Source: Azolla caroliniana
Lineage: Eukaryota; Plantae; Polypodiophyta
Direction of reading: 5' to 3'
DNA: 64,000 nt
NCBI GenBank assembly: GCA_043228905.1
Contig: JBHGNT010000008.1
Span: 3,348,001-3,412,000 of the forward strand
Shown here: positions 13,530 to 25,092 of the stretch, one piece after another
Position numbering within the stretch: the first letter of the stretch is position 1
How the letters are laid out: every line of letters starts with the position of its first letter
Translations under genes and position numbers: made by a program
The notes under the pieces: generated by a model
Told to the model about the DNA's origin: nothing
The model's input: only the letters and a program-made list of their open reading frames with translations
Database searches by the model: none

Positions 13530-13927
13530 GGTAATGGAATATGAAAACCAAAGGTGCCTAGGACTTTTCTTGCTACAACTCAAGAGACACTGGGAAAAGT
13601 TGTTAAGTGCTTAGCTATTGAATTTTTCTGGTAACTTAGGTATTTCTACAACAGTCCCTTTGCTACAACTCAAGAGACACTTTTTGGTTCAGCTTATGCT
13701 AGAGATCTTTCGAAGACAAAAGTTATAACATATCTAGCTTGAGAATCTCACATGTGCCGAAAACCAGATTCTTTAATCTCTTTTTATCTTATTTACTTAG
13801 TATTATTTCTTTTATTTTGATTTGTTGTTCTCAAAGACAACACAACACTTAAGATGTAATCTCTTGTTTGGTCTTATGGGCCATTTTGGTCTCTTAAAAG
13901 ACATTAATATATCTTTCTTTCTTTCTT
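13530..13927 (+). mobile_element. Second LINE/SINE-like 3' end with hairpin and (CTTT)n tail
   Basis: TATGGGCCATTTTGGTCT...ATTAATATATCTTTCTTTCTTTC parallels 13191-13245. The 5' boundary is approximate. Confidence 0.5.
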
Positions 13928-15393
13928 ACTCCTTCAGTGTCTGCAACTTTCTGCATTTTTCACCTTGCCAACTTTCTACCTCAGCCAAGGTGGATAAATA
14001 TACACATGAAGCTAATAGAGCATCTACATGCATTGGCTTGGTACTGTTGTTCAACTTAGGCCTGCCACAGGAATTTATATAGCCTTCTATTTCTCATTTT
14101 CTACAAAGAGTACAATCACAAAATCGCTTTCAAACATCATACACATCACACCAGTTGCAAATGTCATGCCGGGGAGAGGATACCCCAATAAGTTAGAGCA
14201 CTAAATGAAAACAAGCAATTTTTACGGTGACAAATGTCCAAAAGATTACAAATATGATATTTAATCTGCTCTCTCTCATGAAGAAATAAAAAAGAAGTTG
14301 AAAGTGACCTTGGAAGTGTTTGTTGAATGGCCATCATTATTCCTGTTAATCACAAATCCTTGAAATTGTTTGTCGAGCTGATGACTTGCACATAATTTAT
14401 CTTTCGTAATGTCAAGATGTGACAGCGATATAGGATCCTCACATTCTTCTTTCACTTTTACATTGTCTGATACAGGAATACCTGATAATGCCACAGTAGA
14501 TTCTAGTGTGAGAGAAGAATGAGTGTTCTTTATATCTGACATCTCTTTTGGAGTTCTAGTTTGATCAACTTCTTTATGTTGCAATATTCCAGTAATGAAC
14601 TCTCCTCTATGCTTTGTTAAAGCTGATTTGAAAACATGGGGTGTTTTTTGCTCTTCAGCTACATTTCCATCAAGATTTAAATCTTCTATTTGATGTTTGG
14701 TCTTATTTTGCTGGATATTACAAATAGCTGAACTTTTCAGCGCTTTCAAATTATCAGTACTTGGATGTTTTCCCAAGTCAGAGCTACCATTGAGAGGATA
14801 GTTTGATGATCATCAGGTGGAACAAGAACTACATTAGGCTGATAAACTTGCTCAGAATCTTTCAAGAATTCTGAAGATATTCTATTCTGATGTGCCTCCT
14901 CGGCCTTCTTTAGTTCTCTCAAGAGATAATCCTTTGGCTTCAATGATTGATCTGGAAGGTTCTTCTGCTTCTTCAGCTGCTCACCTTTTAATATTTTTGT
15001 ACAAATAAAGCCTTTTTCCTCTCGTGAAGACTCTGGTCTCAAACATTCTACTGCCTCTTCTTTGACCTGCACAAATTGCCAACGCCATCGATAGCTATCA
15101 ATATGTACATGAGGCGTATACGGAACCAAAGTTATTGGATAAGGCATTTCCATCTCTTGAATTTGCATGGGTGGTGATCTATATTGAGCATTCAAACTCA
15201 GATCTACATGTGGTGGAACAATATTAGCTGAGAAAGGAACTGCATATGGAAAAATGGCATATCTGTCATAAGGCATAATAGCATATCTGTCATTCTGAAA
15301 GACAGAAACAGGATGTAGTTTGTTATCTTTGGCGGTACTGATGTCTTGATGTTTATTATCAGACATATTAAAGCCTAAACCCTAAACCTTAAT

Positions 15394-16714
15394 CTATAAC
15401 TGATGTGATGAAGTTCGCAGCTGCCCTATCACACTACGCAACGCATAGGATAGATGTATGTCCATATAAGGTGGCCCGATGACAAATCCATCCTCCGATG
15501 TATGTAAGAAATGTGTCTTATAGTGGGCCATCTTTGTACCAAGTGGTATTTTGGGGCTGATCCATGTTATCTTGTTTTCTAGGTTAATAATATCAGTTCG
15601 GATCACTCTATTCTTTTCCACTTTGGTCATATTTAGATGGGGACAATCCAAGCTAAATTGGAACGGGGGTAGTGCATTTATACGCATGTCATGTGACTCG
15701 AACCATTGCTGCATTTCAGCATACCAACAATGAGTGTCTCCATTTTCAGCCAGTTGTCTTGATGACGTAAGTGCCAACCTTGGGTACCTTCGTTTAGGGA
15801 GCTCCCAAAGATGTTGGATGAATGTCACTGATCGGAACAACGCCTCGATTATTATAGGTGTTGCTCCCATCTCTGCCTAGATTATTTCGTGGGGCACCGA
15901 TGCTTTGCTCCTTATCATGCGAGCAATCATTGACACTAAAGGTCTCTCTAATCTTTCCAATGATTTGCATTGTTTAGACTCGGTCCCCATGTCTCTACTC
16001 CATAGAGAAGAGTTGGTGTGACAAGTGTATCAAATAACCATAGCTTAGTCCGTAGCTCTTGGAACTGCAAATATGCACGAGAAAGTCGGGCACAAAGCGG
16101 CCTCTTGTATGGAGAACCTAGGTCCTGTAAATGTTACTCCTAGGTATGTGTAGGAGTGTGTGTATTCCACCTTTTCCTCTCCCAAGAAGAATTCTGGTTT
16201 TGATCTTGTTACCCATGCTTGGGTGGTGTTAAACACCATCACTTTAGTTTTATTCATGTTGATTGACAAACCTTTGTCCGTACAAAATAGTTTTAAGGCA
16301 TTTAGGTGTCTTTGTAGTCCCTCCGGAGAGTCAAAAATCAGCAAAATATCATCAGCATATAGTAATATTTGTATAGTTATACCTGCTAGGTGTGCTAGGT
16401 GTGTTGCTGAACCCCCAAATCTCTCTATGTACTGTGTTACCTCATCTATATAGAGACCGAAGAGTGTGGGGGATAGTGGGCATCCTTGCTTCACGCCAAT
16501 TGTGCTAGCCACCGCCTCTGACAAGCCCTTAGAAGACCGCACTTTTCCTAACATAGATTCATAGAGTGCATAGATTCCACATTGCATATCTATAGGAACA
16601 CCAAGGGCTTCTAGCCGCTGCATAAGCCAAGCATGTGGCATAGTGTCAAAGGCTTTTTGGAAATCCACAAAGCAGCAATAAATCCTCTTATCGTGGACTC
16701 TGCCCTCCTCAATA
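15394..16714 (-). mobile_element. LINE RT fragment, truncated at both ends, inside the pseudogene
   Basis: CCFVDFQKAFD, GVKQGCPLSPTLFGLYID, LLYADD, YTYLG and QLRTSSHQL motifs. Confidence 0.9.
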
Positions 16715-18126
16715 CTATCTCATAAAAGGAAGAAAGAAAAAAAATACTATCTCAGACTCAATGAGATAGATAAGCAACAACAAATGTGAAGCTCTAATCA
16801 ACCTTAAGGTGAAAGTACCAGTTATTGCAACCATCACCACATCCCCCTCTACATTTTAGACAAACCCAATCAACATCATCTTGCACCATAATACAGTGTT
16901 TGGAAAAACTTTATTTTACATGGAGATAATAAACCTTCCTCCAAATTTGTTCAGGTAATCTATCAGCAAATATCTCAAAATTGTAAGGTTTTTTTTATCG
17001 AAAACGTCCTGGATTATACATTCATACAAACATACATATATATGCATAATGTATATGGATTTTGAATTTTCAAAGATTCAAACTTTATAGGTATTTTCCA
17101 AGCATTGCCTGGATTTTTTATACATGCATACGCATGTGTATGCATAAGTATACCCATACGCACACATTTACATGTACGTGTACGTGTATGTGTATTGTGT
17201 GTGTACGCATACGTGTATGCGTATGTGTATGTACACGGCATAAAATTTCCAAGACACAAAAGTTTAGGGCTATTTTCCATACCTGCATTTCTATTTGAAC
17301 AAATTCACCATGCTGGTTCTTGAGACACCCACCACACAATGCAACAGTACATTCACAACATCAAACATTATCTTCCACTGTCTTCTGGCGGCACCAATGG
17401 CATGAGTCACCCAAAATAGAGTCACAGATGTGGGTACCGATGAGCCTTCGGCCAGGATGTTGGCATCTCTGGCGAGAAATCTGGCCATTGTTGCATTCTG
17501 AAGGTATCAAAGTAGTGGAAGTGCCACCATCATTGCACTCTGAAGGTACCAATAAACTGGTGGAATTGGAAAAATTATCGCACTGGGAAGGTATGAGTGA
17601 GTTAGTAGAAGGGTGACCATGAGTGCACCCTGAAGGTAGCAGTAAACTCGTCGATAATGGCGTTGATAACGTTAAGTGTGTTGCACTCAGTGACGTTGAT
17701 GAGTTAATTTGCAGTCCTAATGAAGATGCCATATGTAGCTTCAGATACAGAGATCAATCGATCTCACAAAAGAAGGATAGTATAAACCTGAATCTGAGCT
17801 CACAGACATGAGAATTAAGGATGACATTTCTGTTTAGAAAACCTTCAAGCACATCTATTTGTAAGTGAAAAAACATGGAGATCACATAACATTGCAGATA
17901 TTGTAATTTAATTCTTTTAACAGTATCCTTGTTATAAGTGAATAACACATGCACGCACGCCCACATAGCATTTCCAACTGCTTAGAATTCAGTAGGAAAA
18001 CAAAGGAATGAGACTTTCCTTAGGGAAATGGTCTTTCTACCTAATTAAGAGTTTAAAATGTAAGAGAAGGGTTGCAAGAGTCGCATCAGTTGTCTGTGCT
18101 TTAAGTTTTCTCTTAGGTTAGAGAAC

Positions 18127-18434
18127 CTAATTTAGAGATATAGTTGTACCCAAAAGGTCATAAAGTAAAATTTGAGAAGAGGGCCATCGACAGATCATCG
18201 CCCGTTCCTGAAAAACTTCATTTGTTACATGTTGGTAAACATTAGTAACATTATTGTCAACATTTTGTAACTTATTCTCTCTGTGTTGTTTCAATTCTAG
18301 GATGTATCTGCCTAATTTCTTTATATCTAGTGTATCCAATAGTTTAGGGAGGGTGGGAGAGGAACCAAGTATGTCGTGGTATTTTGCCCTTATCACGGCA
18401 TAGGTGGGACATTTGCATGTAAAATGGTACTCCT
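18127..18434 (-). mobile_element. LINE ORF2 C-terminal fragment
   Basis: EYHFTCKCPTYAVIRAKYHDILG..LGRYILEL parallels the ORF2 end at 6055-6282. Joined to gypsy integrase through a short CTCC microhomology. Confidence 0.75.
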
Positions 18435-19775
18435 TCCTTACGCACTATGGGCGGACCGAACTACGTACAGTTCGGTGACAGGGTTCATGCCAGTAGAGTT
18501 GATGTACGGACAGAAGTCGATCATGCCGATGGAACGGACGGTTCCTTCATGGGCGGCGGTAGATTGGAAGGACGAGATGAACCGGGAGGAGTTGGCGGCG
18601 CGGATTCAACAACTCGAGCGGAGGCCGGAGGACGTCAAACGGGCGAAGGAGAAGCTGCGGGCGGCAAGGGAGTGGAACAAGACCCGGTTCGACCGGACGC
18701 ACCAGTTGCAACCAAAGAAGATCGAGGAAGGCGACTGGGTCCTAGTGTATGACAGCGGCCTCGACAACCAGCATAGGGCAACGCGGAAGTTTGCAAGGAG
18801 GTGGTTTGGGCCTTACGTGGTGACAGGCGCCAACGACAACGGAACCTACCATCTTGCGGAGCTCGACGGTATGAGGATGGCAATACCGGTAGCAGGGAAG
18901 AGGGTCAAAGCGTTTAAGAAACGACACGAGTGCGAGCCGGATCTGGAAAGCTTGGACGGCGATGAAGGGCCGTCCGAGGCGGATGACGAACCGAAATACG
19001 AGGAGTAAAGCATGGACCGGTTTTCTCCAACAAGATCCCAATTTTGGCGCATACCGGTGGATGCGCGGTTAGGTGGGGGCGAATGTCATGAAGAAAATTG
19101 TCCCTAGGCGGAAACCGAATTAAGCATGTGTAAACCGGCCCTTACACGTGAGCACACTTTTCGTTGTATAGTAAGTAGCTAGGTACAAGTCAGTTGAGGT
19201 GAAATCCTAGGTAGCACGCATTCAATAGGGAGAGAATCGAATTGTATCTCTGTCCGAAAGGACAGAGAATTAATATGATGTAACGGATGTTAACGGCCTC
19301 CCTCCTTGGGCTATAAAAAAGAGGGAGAGGAATGAAAAAGGGATCGCGCGTTAGAGAGGAGTAAGTGTTGCCGGACTGGGACCGGGCCCTTCTCCTTTGC
19401 CACTCTCCATAGCCATTTTTGCGCAGGTTTTCGAGAGGCTTACTCTGCTCCGTGGAACGCCCGTGTGCTTCCGGCAGAGTCTCCATCTCGCTCTTCTGTG
19501 TGTGTGAGTGAACAGGCGTCGGTGTCCGCCTTGCCGGCATGTTACTTGTAACCGTCTTGATATATATATACATTTATATACATACGTGTTCATATACTCG
19601 ACTTCGAGTCGTCTCGTTTGCTATGTTGTTGGACTGTGATTCCTGTGTGCTCCCGTGTCAATGCATGTGCAAGTGCGTCTGTTGCCTTTCTGTTCTCCTC
19701 CTTCTCAGCTATTTCTCGGTCCAAGGCCCCAGTGGTCCCGCCTCGTTCTCCACGCACGCGCATAACAACGCGACA
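18430..19775 (+). mobile_element. Ty3/gypsy 3' end: integrase C-terminus, PPT and 3' LTR (19084-19775)
   Basis: LPYALWADRTT..TGFMPVELMYGQ..GDWVLV..KFARRWFGPY. PPT TTAGGTGGGGGCGAA. LTR TGTCATGAAG...AACGCGACA. Confidence 0.9.
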
Positions 19776-22700
19776 CCGGATCAGGAATTGTACACCGTCC
19801 TTGTCCTCTTGACTGATTACCCACCCGATCCCGGTCGGGCTCGTGTCCACCGTCACGCAAATGGGGACACCCTTGCCATACACCGCTTTACAGAAAGCCG
19901 GCGCTATCGTAAGCGCCTCCTTTAGTCTCCGTACCGACTCCGTGTGCTCCGTCCTCCACTCGAAGCTACGCCCCTTTTTCAATAGTCCGTAGAGGGGTTC
20001 CGCAACATGTGTGTAGTGCGGGATCCAGTTGTGGTAGAACGCGCATGCTCCCAAGAATCTGCGGACCTCCATGACCGACCCGCAGTCGTCCTTCATCGCG
20101 GAGATGGCTTCTACCTTTGCCAGAGACGGTTTCCTACCGTAAGGCCCGCATAGGTGTCCGACCACCAAGATCTCTGACTGCCCGAACGCCGATTTTTCTC
20201 TGGAGAAGGTGAGTTGTGCGTTCTTGAGCCTCTGCAGCACCTTCTCGTAGTCGTTGATGTGGTTCACGATGAACCTCCGGCATCCGTTCGGCCCGACAGT
20301 CTCGTCCGCATCTTCCACCGGACACCCCTTTATCGGGATGTCGTCCAAGAAATGCATGGTGATGTCCGGGATGCAGTCCCTCAACACCTTGTTCATTGCG
20401 TTCACCATATGCACTACCGAATTCGTCCCGCCTTGTGGTAGGGTACACATCCGTACTAGACCGAGAGGGGTTCGCATCGTCGTGATATCCCTGCTCTCCA
20501 CAGCTAGTTGGAACTGGTCGTACCCCGAGTACAGATCACCGATAGAGTAAATTGACCTTCCGGCGAAGGCCTCCGCAAATTCGTCTATGGTCGGTCCGAT
20601 TCCTGCATTACGGATGGTCACCTTGTTGACCGGTTGCAGGTCCTGAATGAAGCGCAGCGTACCGTTCTTCTTCGGTACCGTAAACCACCGATTCGAATAC
20701 GGGGCGCTCAACGGTTCGAGGATGCCCATCTCCACCTTTTACTTCAGAAGCTCCATCAACTTCGGGATGTGAGCTCTCGGCACCGGAATCGGTTTGAGAT
20801 TCCATGGTACATGCGGTACCGTGAAGATCACCATCGGTTTGACGATCATCGGGTCCACGCACCCGATCTCCCCCGGCGAGAACACGAAGGCTTTCCCATG
20901 CCTTCCGAGCATTCTCCGAAACCTGTTCTCCTCCGCCGGCAGTAGAAAGCCACCCCCACCGACCTTGAGCTCCCGTAGTGTTATGCCGGTGAACCGGTGC
21001 CCTATGCCAGCCGGATTCCGTACACTTGGGTCCGACGCGACCCCTTTTATCCGCTCCTCGTTGCCCTCCGGCAAGGGTGCCGCGACCGGCCTCACCTTCC
21101 GGTCCACATTCTTGTACTTTGTATCCACGTGGCCCATCCGATCCTACCCGATCCTTTCCCCGAAGTCCGCGATGACTTCGTACATTCCCATTGAACTAAC
21201 CGGAATGGTCTGGTCTTCTCTAAGGTCTTCACCGATCACCTTTCGCAGTTCGCCCAAGGTGTCGTCAAAAGAGACCGCCTCCACAACGCCGCTGATGTCT
21301 TTGTCGAGGAAGAGGACTCCGCTTCCCCGGAGCCGCTCCTCCGCTCGCTTCCTCTCCCGGCCGCTGACGTCAGTTATAGTACAACCTCCATTTTCGGAGA
21401 ACCAAAACTTCCTACCTACTGTACATGTGTGGGGTTCTTCCGGTACGCCCAGACTACCGCGGCCCCACGCCTTGATAGCCCTCTCTAAAAATCCCCTCGG
21501 GTTTCGCCATCGAGGGTCTCGCGGTTATGCTCATGGTTTGGTCGCACCGTCAGGAACTGGACCGAGTGACGCCCGTCCTGGCTCTTGACTCTTGCATAGG
21601 CCGAATCGTTGTCCAACACCTTGGTCTCCATCCGTGCCGCCGTGATGTATGGTTCTCCTAGTATAACCGGATGCGAGGACGTCTCCTGCACAAAGAAGTG
21701 TTGGTCGATCTCGACATCGCCGATTTTCACCCGTACGTTGTCGTGAAGAATTTCGGCCAAAGGCGGAAACCTGGAACATTGGCTACATCGGCGGGGTGCA
21801 GCGTGTGTACGCACCCATGTACATTTAGTGTGAATATCGAGGGTGCCTTTATGGTGCCGAAGAGTAGTCAAGTCGGGACAGACGATCCCATGTAAGTCGG
21901 GATTTGTCCCGCATTGTAATGCCTCCCTTTCCTTGTTCTATAAAAGGAAGGGAACGCCCTTTGTAAAAGGGTTGCCCATTTTGCATTAGAGGGTATATTG
22001 TTAGGTTTAGGGTTAGCTTCTTCTCCTTCGTATTCGTTTAGGGTTTGCTGCAGCTCATCTCCTGCGCAAGACCCCGCTCGGCGCGACGAGCCCGTGAGCT
22101 CCCCGACGGCGGCTTGGCAGCAGACGACTACTGTAACCTACCTCAGTCAGGAATGTATTCTTCATATATATACATACATATACATTTATGTTTGTCTGTG
22201 TATATTCGCGTCGTTGTTGGCGTCGGGTGCTTACCCTCTCCTGTGTTTTCTGTACATAAGGCGTGAGTCGGGTTGAGCTGCGTGTGCGTGTGCGTGTGTG
22301 TGTGCGTGAGTCGGTGTTAAGCACGCTCTCTCTCTCTCTCTCTCTCTCTCTCCCTTCGGTTGCTTCCGGTGTGTTTCTAGGATGCCCCAGAAACAGTGAA
22401 GCACGACTCCCTACGCTCCATCACTCTCTCGTCCAAGACCCCCGTGGTCCCGCCTTTCTCCACGCACGCGCGTAACAACGCGACAACATTCGGGCAGGCT
22501 CCATGTAGTTCTTCCATGGCGCGCGTCGTTGCCCGTATTTTCCAGCCGTGTTTGGTGTTGATCGGCCATTTCCCCTTTTTGTAGAAGTCCATGGACATCA
22601 AGTTGATTTCTAAACCGTGGTCCACCAACGCCACCACCGGCTCCTGGACATCCCCGACCTTAACAGGGGTCTCCATGGTCGCTCTGGCCCAGTGCGGCCT

Positions 22701-24414
22701 CGAATAGTGGCTCTCCGCCAACTCCTCTTCGAGCGCCATGTCCTCTATGTGCGTCGTTCGCACTTCCATCAGCTTCTCCGGCTCTAGCTCTGTCGACAGC
22801 CTTTTCCTCTTCACCAAGTCTACGATGGAGTCGTGGAACTCCTTCTTGGCGATCCCGAGCACTTCCCTCAGCGACAGCTCCACTTTGTTGTCGAGGATAC
22901 GTTCCTCCAGGACCTTTCGCACGTCTGTGGTCCTTTCGATTTCGGTGGTCAACCAAAACCCCGCCTGCTTCTTTCCGTCCGGCGCGCCTGGGTTGCCGGC
23001 ACCGGTCGGTTTCGGTCCGAACCGGGTCTCATACCTCTGCGGGGGACCCACCCCCCCCCCCCCCCCCCCCCCCGACCTTTCCTGCCCGTTTGTCTTCCAC
23101 CAGAACCTCGTAGTTCTGGCAAGCGGCTTCTACAAAGCCCGTTTTCTCTTCGACCGGATCGTCCCATCCGGTGACCTCCTGGACCCATTGTTCCGCGCGG
23201 TCCGCCTCTTCCTTCTTCAGCCGAACTCCGGAGAAGCCTTCTAGCACTAGTGGCCAGAATCCGGAGTCCTTCACCTTTTAGGACTCGTCACCCCCGACCC
23301 GAATTCCCGCCGACACTGAGTAGGTAACGGCTTCTACATGTCGTGCCGCGGCCTCTTCCATCAACCTCTTCATTCCGTCGCGCCCCATATTCAGTTCTAG
23401 GGCTCTCCAAGTCCCGCTCGCTTGCACCCGCCCGTTCCAGAGGTACACCACATTGGTCCTGAGTGCGTCGGCGAAATCCGCGCAATCCTTCCGAATATGA
23501 CCAATTGCGTCACACCACATCCACCGTTGCCCAGTCGGCGGCCTCCGGTCGTGAGGTTGTTCGCCGCTATCTCTCCGGGCCTGTGCAATCTGCAGGTCAT
23601 GCACCATCTGTGTCAGCTCCTCCAGAGCCGCTCCTCCGGATGGGCCTCTTACCACGTCATTCGATGCCGACCCCGACTCTAGCTAGATTCGGGTCTCTTC
23701 CTTCCTACCGGCCGGCACCGATACCGGCTCCTCAAGCGTCCTCGCCGGGACCAGCCTTGACCCCGACGAGCTTCCGTCTCTCTAATCGCGTCGTTTGTCG
23801 AAACGGCTGCAGACCCGTTTTACCACGGCCCAGTCTGCCGTGAGCCCTTCGTTCGTTTCCAATAGGGGACCCACCTTTTCCCTGTCGAGCGCATCCACCG
23901 ACTTGACAAACAGTAGTACTCGACTCATTTCGAACATGGTTCGGTCCAGCGTCGACAGTCGCGCGTACCGTTTTTCGAACTCCTTGAGGAGCACCGACGT
24001 GTTCCTCCCTTTTCCGGGGCTTTCCACCCACGCCATGAAGTCCTGCCTCGACAGCCGAAGCGAGTCGTCAAACCCGTACTTCTCGAGGAGCTGTAGCTCG
24101 AACTCCTCCTAAGTTTGGCATCCGGCCAGTGGATGCTCAGCGTCACCAACCGAGGGAATCCGAAGAGCCGCCTGTCCACTGGGATATCCCTCATGATCAT
24201 TTCGGCCCGGTAAGCCTCCAAATAACTTGTGGCATCTTTCCCTCCGAACCGGCCTATGGTGCCGACGATCAATTCAACAGCTCTGTCGAGGGTACCCGTC
24301 CCCCCTCACGAGCGCTTACCAGCCGGTCGACAGCAACCTCCATTGCCTCCGCTAGCTCCGATCCCCTCATCTTTCGACTCCTTTGCCGCCTTTTCACGTC
24401 GGGTTCACCAAGTA
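19776..24414 (-). mobile_element. Ty3/gypsy gag-pol internal region (gag, Zn knuckle, protease, RT, RNase H start), decayed
   Basis: tRNA-Trp PBS at 24393-24410. Gag GRFGGKDATSYLEAY; knuckle xMWCDAIGHIRKDC; protease LVDHGLEINLM; RT WFTVPKKNGTLRFIQDLQPVN..DLYSGYDQ..LPQG..FLDDI; RNase H VTVDTSPTGIGWV. Confidence 0.93.
21739..22485 (+). mobile_element. Solo LTR of the same gypsy family inserted into the protease region
   Basis: TGTCGTGAAGAA...AACGCGACA, flanked by ACGT/ACAT (4-bp TSD, one transition). Removing it restores ..ACPNVRVKIGD.. Confidence 0.9.
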
Positions 24415-25092
24415 TGTCGCGTTGTTACGCACGTGCGTGGAGAAAGAGGCGGGACCACGGGGGCCTTGAACCGAGGAGCGAGAGAGAGAGAGAGAGGCAA
24501 GGGGTTGTGCTTCCGACACCACCAAATACACCAATATGCACAAACAGATACGAGTATGTATATTACAAGGGAAAGAATACATCCTCGGCTTCGAGCCAGA
24601 CCAAGGTAGGGTAGGTTACAACAACAGTTTGTCGCCAAGCCGTTGATCGGGGAGCTCTCAGGCTCGTCGCGCCGAGCGGGATCTTGCACAGGAGACCGAG
24701 CAGAAGCAAACCCTAACAAACACGAACTCTCCACTCACACGATGAAGAAGAAGAAGAAGAAGAAGAAGAAGAAGAAGAAGAAGAAGAAGAAGAAGAAGAA
24801 GAAGAAGAAACTACCTAACCCTAAATCTAACGGTATACCCTCTAACACAAAATGGGCAACCCCTTCACAAAGGGCACTCCCTTCCTTCTATAGAACAAGG
24901 AGAGGGATGCATAACAATGTGGGATAAATCCCTTACTACATGGGATCCCCTGTCCCAAATTAACTATTGCCCGACGCCATGATGGCACCCCTATCATTTA
25001 CACGATTTGTAGAAGGGTGAGCGCACATGCTCCACCTCGCCGATTCTTCCGATATTCTCCGATTCCGCCTAGGGACGGTTTTCTCCACGACA
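24415..25092 (-). mobile_element. Shared internal LTR (3' LTR of the satellite and 5' LTR of the gag-pol element)
   Basis: On the minus strand it is preceded by a PPT (25093-25107) and followed by a PBS. Contains TATA-like TTCTATAGAAGG, TTTAGGG motifs and a long (GAA)n tract. Confidence 0.9.

Larger units (their letters stand above)
12048..17732 (-). pseudogene. Pseudogene: zf-4CXXC_R1 (CDCA7-like) zinc finger, long low-complexity exon and an uncharacterised plant C-terminal domain
   Basis: Exon 17732-17283 reads ..HICDSILGDSCHWCRQKTVEDNV*CCECTVALCGGCLKNQHGE, with TGA at 17361-63. Exon 16880-16819 reads DDVDWVCLKCRGGCGDGCNN (acceptor reads AA). Exon about 15366-14309 is frameshifted near 14760. 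Exons 12587-12374, 12298-12225 and 12132-about 12048 are joined by GT-AG introns and read SCLDHQPDLAAQL..LSLLRGFFFWLEHSRLQDSFKPW. Confidence 0.7.

Noticed and set aside
23051-23073. C23 homopolymer in gag as a programmed frameshift or G-quadruplex signal
   Set aside because: Single occurrence in a decayed element. Slippage or a homopolymer base-call error is the simpler explanation.
24393-24410. tRNA-Trp gene
   Set aside because: Only the 3'-terminal 18 nt including CCA are present, next to an LTR. It is a primer-binding site.
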